Virus record (IMG/VR): IMGVR_UViG_3300020045_012215
Coordinates: 1 to 35,709 of that record
Length of the DNA stretch: 35,709 nucleotides
Strand: one strand, 5' to 3'
Origin: a virus
Taxonomy: Duplodnaviria > Caudoviricetes
The notes beneath the pieces were generated by a model. That model ran no database searches. It was given only the letters and a program-made list of their open reading frames with translations, and was not told where the DNA came from. Each line of letters begins with the position of its first letter. Position 1 is the stretch's first letter. A program made the position numbers and the translations under genes. Below, in pieces: positions 27,876 through 34,167 of this stretch.

Positions 27876-28100
27876 TTACCCCCTCTTCTTGGTGACGCGC
27901 TTGATCGTGAACTCGGCAATCTCCATTTCTTTAAGCCCAGCGGTTCCATCAAGCTTGAATCCCTGAACCCTGCTATAAACGTCCCGTAAAATGTATCCGA
28001 GGTTCTTGTCAATATGCGGCTGACGCGGCCAGATCCATGCGTCGCCAAAATCCCTTGAAATCCACACGCGAAAACTACCTGACTGAGTCTTATTTTTCAT
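27876..28100 (-). CDS. Hypothetical protein
   Basis: 74 aa, ATGA-coupled. Confidence 0.55.
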   Translation of the reverse strand: MKNKTQSGSFRVWISRDFGDAWIWPRQPHIDKNLGYILRDVYSRVQGFKLDGTAGLKEMEIAEFTIKRVTKKRG

Positions 28101-28285
28101 GGCAGAATACTCCTGAACTGCCTAAGAACCCAAGCACTATTCAGGAGCTTACCATCACGAACAACCTCTACCACGGCGCTGTAAATATCCAATGCAATGG
28201 ATCGATACTGACGGAGTGTTATAAGCTCACGCTCCAACTCTTTAATTCGTTTTTCGTATCTATACCTCGTTGGCTCGTTCATCAC
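28097..28285 (-). CDS. Hypothetical protein
   Basis: 62 aa, AAGGAG RBS, coupled. Confidence 0.55.
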   Translation of the reverse strand: MMNEPTRYRYEKRIKELERELITLRQYRSIALDIYSAVVEVVRDGKLLNSAWVLRQFRSILP

Positions 28286-28506
28286 GCACGCTCCTTCACA
28301 GTTCTGGCAGACTTTCGTGATATGGACTCGCCAATTCTATTGGCCAGGTCTTGGCGCGCGGAATGCGCAACTGAATCTCTAATAAATCCGCCGATCAGCA
28401 ATGTCGTAACAGCATCTGCCACCTTTTGGAAGTACTTCGTTTTTTTCTTTGGCACACCAAGCTGAACGTGTAACGGCTCACTCAATGCCCCCATTGATAT
28501 TTGCAT
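28282..28506 (-). CDS. Phage hypothetical protein
   Basis: AAGGAG RBS; 'GALSEPL..QL..FQKVADAVTTL.I.G.I' motif. Confidence 0.6.
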   Translation of the reverse strand: MQISMGALSEPLHVQLGVPKKKTKYFQKVADAVTTLLIGGFIRDSVAHSARQDLANRIGESISRKSARTVKERA

Positions 28507-28727
28507 CACGTCCGCTCCTTCACATATTTTTCCAGAGACGCGACATCGACACGCCAGTGCCCTCCGGGAGTCTGCCATCCTTCAACAAGTTTCGCCTCCA
28601 TCGCGCGGCGCATCGTCGAAGTGCTGAATCCGGCGATCCGCGCGGAGACGCCAATTCCGACGTATTTGGTCCCATTACGTTTCTTCACACGTTGTGGACG
28701 CGCCGCACCAACGATTAGCGCGGACAT
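28506..28727 (-). CDS. MerR/excisionase-like helix-turn-helix protein
   Basis: 'IGVSARIAGFSTSTMRR....G.QTPGGHWRV' winged HTH pattern. Confidence 0.75.
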   Translation of the reverse strand: MSALIVGAARPQRVKKRNGTKYVGIGVSARIAGFSTSTMRRAMEAKLVEGWQTPGGHWRVDVASLEKYVKERT

Positions 28728-29146
28728 GGCTTTTCATCCTTTTTGTTCTGAAGATAATCGACGATGTCTCCCACCGTTTCAAACTGCTGCGAAGACGCGT
28801 CTGGAATGTCCGTGTCAAATCTGTCTTCCAGATCCATCGTCAGTTCAACCACGTCGAGAGAGTCGAACCCAAGATCTTTTACAAGGTTCAACCGTAAGTC
28901 CTCGCTCGTTACGCCGGAGTGGCCATGCATATTTTTACAAAACTCCTTAACCACATCCCAAACAACCGCACGAACATCAGCAACTTTTTTCATGTCTTCC
29001 TCCGATTCTTTTTTCAATTCTAACGCGAACTCTGCTCTGCACGATGCGCAGTTCTTTGGAATATGGATATCCCAACTGCCTGGCGTCACCTTTATGCGGT
29101 TGAATATTTCAGACATCAACGCGCCGCATGTATTGCACGCGCTCAC
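28715..29146 (-). CDS. acpP: Acyl carrier protein (ACP domain from ATG 28993) with in-frame N-terminal CxxC-CxxC extension
   Basis: 'DLGFDSLDVVELTMDLEDRFDTDIPD..FETVGDIVDYL' canonical ACP with the phosphopantetheine Ser (codon 28859-28861); GGAGG before ATG 28993. Confidence 0.85.
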   Translation of the reverse strand: MSACNTCGALMSEIFNRIKVTPGSWDIHIPKNCASCRAEFALELKKESEEDMKKVADVRAVVWDVVKEFCKNMHGHSGVTSEDLRLNLVKDLGFDSLDVVELTMDLEDRFDTDIPDASSQQFETVGDIVDYLQNKKDEKPCPR

Positions 29147-29406
29147 TTCTTTTTTCTCCGCACAACTTGATCCTCATGTTGCTCATCATCTGGAAGCAAC
29201 CTTGCGCGAAACCCGTGCTCCACATCACCAACCGCCAAATCTAGATCCGGACGATTCGTTCGGATCCATTCCCACACGTTGGCCGTGCTCATAATCGCAG
29301 CGATCGTTTTTGTTGGCAACTCAATCTCTGTAAGCTTCCTGGCCGTGAAGCAATCTCCATCGATATAACCCACGTCTTTCCAGACCTCCTCGATGATGAT
29401 TTTCAT
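29143..29406 (-). CDS. Hypothetical protein
   Basis: 87 aa, ATGA/GTGA coupling at both ends. Confidence 0.6.
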   Translation of the reverse strand: MKIIIEEVWKDVGYIDGDCFTARKLTEIELPTKTIAAIMSTANVWEWIRTNRPDLDLAVGDVEHGFRARLLPDDEQHEDQVVRRKKK

Positions 29407-29696
29407 GGGCGCACCCCAATCCGTTCCACTCCCACAGCTTTCACCATGCGCTCAAATCGCTCACGGCGCAGCTTCCATGCCATACTCCAAGCAGTATCGG
29501 ATAACGTGCACCAATGCGTGAAACCCTTATGCAAGTCGCGAGCAGACACCCGTCCAAACTGGATGAAGCATATTTTGTCCCACCTTTCTGCAGTAATATG
29601 ATCCTCATCATTCATCCGCTCACCTTTAATGAGGCCGCGAGAATCCACACAGCATGTTTCAAGAAATAACAGCAGACTCTTTTCTGATTTCGTCAT
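29403..29696 (-). CDS. Phage hypothetical protein
   Basis: GGGAGG RBS before ATG 29696; 'EKSLLLFLETCCVD..RMN.ED' motif. Confidence 0.65.
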   Translation of the reverse strand: MTKSEKSLLLFLETCCVDSRGLIKGERMNDEDHITAERWDKICFIQFGRVSARDLHKGFTHWCTLSDTAWSMAWKLRRERFERMVKAVGVERIGVRP

Positions 29697-29747
29697 ATTG
29701 CCTCCCAGATTACGTTTAAAATCGCAGCCGCTTACGGCGGCAAGTCG

Positions 29748-29882
29748 TTTGATCCGTGGCCGGTCGTCACTCCGGCAGACGACGATACATCTCGGTCCGT
29801 TTACTGTCTGGCTTATGCGCTGGGGACGGGCCAAGCCCCTTGCGTTCACCCATGCGTGTCCTTCCACGCCGCACGGATCAAA
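29748..29882 (-). ncRNA. tRNA-like structured RNA with expanded central domain
   Basis: 11-bp closing stem TTTGATCCGTG/CACGGATCAAA; D-arm-like GCGTG-GAAGGA-CACGC; T-arm-like GCCGG-AGTGACGA-CCGGC stacked directly on the closing stem. Confidence 0.55.
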
Positions 29883-29885
29883 TTG

Positions 29886-29958
29886 TGCCAAAGGCTGGTA
29901 TCGATCCAGCGACCTCTGCTTTTTCAGAGCAGCGCTCTACCGTCTGAGCTACTTCGGC
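29886..29958 (-). tRNA. tRNA-Phe(GAA), no encoded CCA, atypical T-loop
   Basis: GCCGAAG-TA-GCTC-AGACGGTA-GAGC-G-CTGCT-CTGAAAA-AGCAG-AGGTC-GCTGG-ATCGATA-CCAGC-CTTTGGC-A; all four stems pair. Confidence 0.9.
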
Positions 29959-29959
29959 G

Positions 29960-30418
29960 AAATCGGAGGGGGCGTCCCCCCTCTTTTTTTGGTGACACTG
30001 TAGGCGTGTTGTGACGCCTCGTTTTTGTTTGCCCGGCATCCCTTACGCTTCCAGGGCAGCTCGGGTTTGCCCGCACCAGACGTAGACCACAACGTCAACC
30101 GGACAAACTCCCTTCACCAATACCTTCAAAATCGGCGGCGTGCAGTTTTTCATCACCTTTCACGATCGGATGATGGTGTCATGGGGGCTACACTTTACCC
30201 ACACCCAATACCACACATCTTTGCGCTGCGGGCCGGAACCCGCACGTGTGCTGTTCCCACGCCGCTTATCGGAGAGCGACTCCGAATGTGTCCAGGGTGC
30301 GACCCTAAGTCTTGACTCCTCAAATCGGCGGTGAGTGTAGGTGCCTGACGCCCAGCACTCACCGCGTCTCCTGGTGCTCCAGGTGCACTGTAACGACTGG
30401 GTGCTACCCAGCCTTCGC
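29960..30418 (-). ncRNA. Array of structured non-coding elements upstream of the tRNA
   Basis: Stems 30328-37/30356-65, 30135-42/30258-65, 30027-36/30099-108 (G-U pair only on the minus strand) and 29966-72/29977-83, plus several small hairpins; no credible ORF. Confidence 0.55.
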
Positions 30419-30424
30419 ACACTG

Positions 30425-30453
30425 AATATATATGATGACTCATCATAGCGCAA
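30425..30453 (-). promoter_or_regulatory. Sigma70-type promoter for the ncRNA/small-gene operon with palindromic operator in the spacer
   Basis: TTGCGC, then TATGATGAGTCATCATA (17 bp, 8-1-8 inverted repeat), then TATATT. Confidence 0.7.
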
Positions 30454-30506
30454 GTAAATTTTATGTAACGATATTATATATACATCCGGGCCACGCTCAG
30501 AGTGTA

Positions 30507-30783
30507 AGGGTAGACCAAGGGTAGACATAGGGTAGACCACTTCTTCCGTCGATACTACCTACTCTACCCTTACTACCCTTATTATTATAATATGGGGTAC
30601 ATGGTATCATAAATAGGGAGGGGAAATAGGTAGAGAAAAGGGGGTGAAATGGGGCATGAATTATGATACCAAGTACAGCCCTAATTGGGAATGCAAGGTA
30701 GATGGGGTAGACGGGGTAGACTTTGGGTGTATGTACATGTATAATATATACATATGGCAAAAAACGAGGGGGGAAGGGTAGAC
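30507..30783. repeat. GGGTAGAC iteron-like repeats around an AT-rich core; candidate replication origin
   Basis: AGGGTAGAC at 30507, 30518, 30529 (11-bp period) and 30775; GGGGTAGAC at 30704, 30713; inverted CTACC(C) at 30555, 30564, 30573. Confidence 0.65.
30717..30745 (+). promoter_or_regulatory. Sigma70-type promoter
   Basis: TAGACT, 17 bp, TATAAT; the -35 overlaps a GGGGTAGAC repeat. Confidence 0.6.
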
Positions 30784-31014
30784 ATGATGAAAGTGTTTGA
30801 GGTTGTCAAGGTGGGTGAAAAGGGGCGTGTTTTGAGGTATCCATGGCACCTTCTGGAGCACGTTTTCGATGAAATTATGCTGACCGGATCTGGTCTGGAT
30901 GTGTCCGCTGCACGCCAAGCGGTTGTAAGGTGGTCGCGTCGACATGGAATCAAGGTGCGAACGATGGGGATCAAGTCTCCGATATCGAGACTCTATATCA
31001 TGAGAACTGTATGA
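30754..31014 (+). CDS. Small basic putative nucleic-acid-binding protein (YP[WF]-type phage family)
   Basis: 'RYPWHLL..A..RWSRRHGIKVRT..LYIMRT'; likely paralog of the next gene; alternative start at 30784. Confidence 0.6.
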   Translation: MAKNEGGRVDMMKVFEVVKVGEKGRVLRYPWHLLEHVFDEIMLTGSGLDVSAARQAVVRWSRRHGIKVRTMGIKSPISRLYIMRTV

Positions 31015-31259
31015 GAAAAAAACGTAAAAAAGTTGCACGGCGTAAATCCACACGGAGTCGCGGACGGCCGCCAAACTTCCCATTCCACCTGATGGCCGTA
31101 GGTGGCAAGATCGTAATCCCATGGATGGAGACGAATGGGATGCGCAGGGAAAATCAGAAGGTCTTGTATGTCATGGTGTGGCGCGCGGCCAAGCGTCTTG
31201 GGTTCACACTAAAACCAATGCCGGAGCCTTACGGCCTGAGCGTGACGCGTGTCGCGTGA
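31011..31259 (+). CDS. Small basic putative nucleic-acid-binding protein (same family as upstream gene)
   Basis: 'RGRPPNFPFHLMAVGGKIVIP..AAKRLGFTL..GLSVTRVA'; ATGA coupling. Confidence 0.65.
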   Translation: MRKKRKKVARRKSTRSRGRPPNFPFHLMAVGGKIVIPWMETNGMRRENQKVLYVMVWRAAKRLGFTLKPMPEPYGLSVTRVA

Positions 31260-31260
31260 C

Positions 31261-31289
31261 TTGCGCAGGCGCTGCGCGGTTGATATGCT
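31261..31289 (+). promoter_or_regulatory. Extended -10 promoter giving a probably leaderless terS mRNA
   Basis: TTGCGC, 17 bp ending in TGa, TATGCT; ATG 31296 starts 7 nt downstream; no SD. Confidence 0.6.
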
Positions 31290-31295
31290 GGCGTC

Positions 31296-31865
31296 ATGAT
31301 TGAGGCATCCAACGACCCTTCATACGAACGCAGGCTGAAGCATATCGTGTCCCACCCGAACGTGGTGGATGAGATCTGTGCGCACGTGGCCAATGGGGGA
31401 ACCGTGCTCACACTCGCTGAGTCTTGGGCGGTGCGATTTTCGGATGTGATGCGCTTTATCCATGCCTCTGACGATGCGGAAAAACGATACATGCAGGCGC
31501 TAAATGATCGAGCTGAGTGGGGGAAAGAAGCATTCCTTGCTGAGGCGCGTCGCGTTGGGCTTGTGAATGTGAAGGACGCGTTCAATGAGGACGGGTCGCT
31601 TAAGCCTATCTCTGAGATCCCTGAAGATATCATGCGCTGTGTGTCGTCCATGGAGATTGATGAGATTTGGGAAGGGCAGGGCAATGATCGCGCACAGATC
31701 GGTGTGACGAAGCGTCTGCGATTGGAACCGAAGCTGAAGGCGATAGAGCTTCTCATGAAGAATTCAGGGCTTCTCATTGATCGCCATATCGTTAAAGAGG
31801 CGAAGACGTTGGAGGATTTGCTTGCAGAGTCGTATCAGGAGGAAGCCCCTGAAACAGACAAGTGA
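31296..31865 (+). CDS. terS: Terminase small subunit
   Basis: 'AFNEDGSLKPISEIPED..KRLRLEPKLKAIELL' pattern; upstream of terL. Confidence 0.8.
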   Translation: MIEASNDPSYERRLKHIVSHPNVVDEICAHVANGGTVLTLAESWAVRFSDVMRFIHASDDAEKRYMQALNDRAEWGKEAFLAEARRVGLVNVKDAFNEDGSLKPISEIPEDIMRCVSSMEIDEIWEGQGNDRAQIGVTKRLRLEPKLKAIELLMKNSGLLIDRHIVKEAKTLEDLLAESYQEEAPETDK

Positions 31866-32043
31866 TGACCGCGACGTGCAGAGGCTGGAGTCGTTAAAAG
31901 CGCAGGCCGGTGAGCATTTCATGGATTATGTGCTCATCGTTCGCACGCGCACTGGTGTGAAGTGCACATCATCCGACAGCTGTTTTGCACTCGGTGCCAT
32001 GCAGCGATGCGCTGACATCTACATCAACGCGCCCGATGAGTAA
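31849..32043 (+). CDS. Small hypothetical protein between terS and terL (start uncertain: CTG 31849 or GTG 31876)
   Basis: Fills the terS-terL gap; AGGAGG 6 nt before an in-frame CTG. Confidence 0.5.
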   Translation: MKQTSDDRDVQRLESLKAQAGEHFMDYVLIVRTRTGVKCTSSDSCFALGAMQRCADIYINAPDE

Positions 32044-33532
32044 CATGTCAGCCGCCACCATCCGCAGGTGGCGCGAAAACCCGTCGGCCATGGTCAAGGA
32101 AGCCTTCAAGGCCGAACCTGATCCGTGGCAGAAAAAAGTCCTCGACATTTTTCCAAGCCGCAACGCAGAAGACATGCGCATCTCACTCGAAGCCTGCGCA
32201 GGCCCCGGTAAGACGACGCTCCTGAGTTGGCTCGGGTGGAACTTCTTGGCATGTCATGGCGATAAAGGCCAGCATCCTAAGGGCGCTGCGATCTCCATCA
32301 CATCCGACAACCTCAAAGACAACCTATGGCCCGAGTTTGCGAAGTGGCAGGGACGATCTGATTACCTGAAGCGCGCGTTCGTGTGGGAGAAAGAGCGCAT
32401 CTATGCGAAGGATCATCCCGAGACATGGTTTATCAGCGCGCGTTCTTGGCCGAAGACGGCGAACGCGGAAGAGCAGGGCAAGACGTTGTCCGGCCTTCAC
32501 AGCGAATTCGTATTGATCTTGGTCGACGAGTCCGGCGCTATTCCAACACCAGTCATGCGCGCCGGTGACCAGGCGCTGTTCAACTGCAAGTTTGGAAAGA
32601 TCGTTCAGGCCGGTAACCCGATCAGCCAAGAGGGCATGCTTTACGCGGCGGCTACGACGCTCAGGCACCAATGGAAAGTCTTCCGGGTCACGGGCGATCC
32701 CGACAATCCTGATGCATGGGTGAATTCACCGCGCTTCGCCAATTCATCGCCGCATCCACGCGATACTGCACGTCAACAAATAGAAACGTATGGGCGTGAC
32801 AATCCGTGGGTCATGGCCTACATCCTTGGCCAGTTCCCGCCCAGCGCTATCAACACTGTGATGGGTGTGGAAGAAGTCAACGCGGCGCTCGGCAAACATC
32901 TGACGCATGACGTGTATGAGTGGGCGCAGCGTCGCCTTGGCGTCGACGTCGCGCGCTTTGGCGATGATCGATCCGTCATATTCCCACGCCAAGGACTCGC
33001 GTCGTTCCGTCCGATCATCATGCGCAAGCAGCGCACCACAGACATCGCGGCGCGCGTCGCACTCGCACACACACGATGGAATCCGGAGGTGATCGCGGTC
33101 GACGACAGCGGTCACTGGGGTCACGGCGTTATCGACAATCTGCTCGCGTCCGGCCACAACCCGCTCGCGGTGTTCTTTGAAGGCAAAGCGTCCAATCCAC
33201 GATATTTCAACAAGCGCGCTGAAATGTGGTTCAACCTGGCAGAATGGATACGTCGTGGCGGTGCGCTTCCGAACATGCCAGAACTCGTTCGTGAGCTTAC
33301 GGCTCCGACGTATACGTTCAAAGAAGGCAAGATACTGTTGGAGCCGAAGGATCTGCTTAAAAAGCGGATAGGCGTGTCGCCCGACTTGGCCGATGCGCTG
33401 GCGCTGACATTCGCATTGCCGGACGCGCCTGGGGCTACGCCCATGGACATGATCAAGGCGACGATGCATGCGCGGTCTGGACGTGGCAACATGACGATTT
33501 GCGAATACGATCCCCTTGAATTAGATAATTAA
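32036..33532 (+). CDS. terL: Terminase large subunit
   Basis: Walker A AGPGKTT, Walker B LILVDES, 'GNP', nuclease 'GVDVARFGDD' and 'SPDLADAL'. Confidence 0.93.
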   Translation: MSNMSAATIRRWRENPSAMVKEAFKAEPDPWQKKVLDIFPSRNAEDMRISLEACAGPGKTTLLSWLGWNFLACHGDKGQHPKGAAISITSDNLKDNLWPEFAKWQGRSDYLKRAFVWEKERIYAKDHPETWFISARSWPKTANAEEQGKTLSGLHSEFVLILVDESGAIPTPVMRAGDQALFNCKFGKIVQAGNPISQEGMLYAAATTLRHQWKVFRVTGDPDNPDAWVNSPRFANSSPHPRDTARQQIETYGRDNPWVMAYILGQFPPSAINTVMGVEEVNAALGKHLTHDVYEWAQRRLGVDVARFGDDRSVIFPRQGLASFRPIIMRKQRTTDIAARVALAHTRWNPEVIAVDDSGHWGHGVIDNLLASGHNPLAVFFEGKASNPRYFNKRAEMWFNLAEWIRRGGALPNMPELVRELTAPTYTFKEGKILLEPKDLLKKRIGVSPDLADALALTFALPDAPGATPMDMIKATMHARSGRGNMTICEYDPLELDN

Positions 33533-33611
33533 AAAATGGAGAATACGCGCTGGCATTAAACACACCGATCTGGCTCCGCCGGTTATGAGACGGCTCGGCC
33601 ATGAAGCAAAC

Positions 33612-33653
33612 ACAAGCGGCTACCGTACCCAGAGCGGTGGCCGCTTGTATTTT
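33612..33653 (+). terminator. Putative intrinsic terminator after terL
   Basis: ACAAGCGGCTACCG / CGGTGGCCGCTTGT stem (one U-G pair) followed by ATTTT. Confidence 0.55.
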
Positions 33654-33676
33654 ATGTGTTGAATTTTTCGCCACTC

Positions 33677-33705
33677 TTGTCAAGTTAAAATCCATTGTCC
33701 ATACT
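33677..33705 (+). promoter_or_regulatory. Promoter for the GNAT-portal operon, probably leaderless
   Basis: TTGTCA, 17 bp, CATACT; ATG 33712 starts 7 nt downstream; no SD. Confidence 0.55.
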
Positions 33706-33711
33706 GTCCGC

Positions 33712-34167
33712 ATGAGTGTCATGGTGCGGCGCGCCTCCAACGGCGATATCGAGTGGCTCTGCGAACGCTTGCGTGCATTTTCTGACGCATACGGGACGCG
33801 CATCAAGATTTTTCCTGACAAAAATACGGCCGTAACGTGGCTGAAGCAGATCATCAAATCCCATTTGCTACTAATCGCCGAGGATGCGCCGTCGAAAGTG
33901 CGCCTCGGATTCATCGCAGGAGTGCTCACTCCGCACCTCTACAATCCAGAAATAATGGTTTTGGCGGAACTCTTTTGGCTGGTCGATCCCGCGTGCAGGC
34001 ACGGATCTGCCGGGTTGAAACTGTTGGATGCGTTTATCGAATTCGGCAAGGACCGGGCTGACTTCGTTACGTTCGGTACGATGATGGATACAGACGTTAA
34101 GGATGAAACGCTCCTGAAGCGCGGCTTCGTTCTAAAAGAGAAATCATTTTTGATGGAGGTCGCATAA
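33712..34167 (+). CDS. GNAT-family acyltransferase
   Basis: 'VRRASNGDIEWL..LLIAE..GFIAG..ELFWLVDPACRHGSAGLKLLDAF..LLKRGF'. Confidence 0.8.
   Translation: MSVMVRRASNGDIEWLCERLRAFSDAYGTRIKIFPDKNTAVTWLKQIIKSHLLLIAEDAPSKVRLGFIAGVLTPHLYNPEIMVLAELFWLVDPACRHGSAGLKLLDAFIEFGKDRADFVTFGTMMDTDVKDETLLKRGFVLKEKSFLMEVA

Noticed and set aside
29886-29958. tRNA as a prophage attachment site or host boundary
   Set aside because: Phage genes on both sides, no integrase and no duplicated tRNA 3' end seen in the window
29966-29990. GAGGGGG/CCCCCTC-T7 hairpin as the terminator of the leftward operon
   Set aside because: The U-tract is on the plus strand, so it would only stop antisense transcription; on the minus strand it is better read as one unit of the ncRNA array
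30507-30783. GGGTAGAC repeats as a CRISPR array
   Set aside because: Units are 8-9 bp, in both orientations, with no spacer-length unique sequence
29756-30974. Track ORFs over the ncRNA/origin region (e.g. 30160-30540, 30195-30446, 30025-30315, 30497-30760, and the 5' extension of 29403-29891)
   Set aside because: No RBS, unnatural composition, and they overlap the tRNA, stems, promoter and repeats
33601-33711. N-terminal extension of the GNAT ORF given in the track (start 33601)
   Set aside because: Overlaps a terminator-like hairpin and a promoter; the GNAT fold begins at ATG 33712
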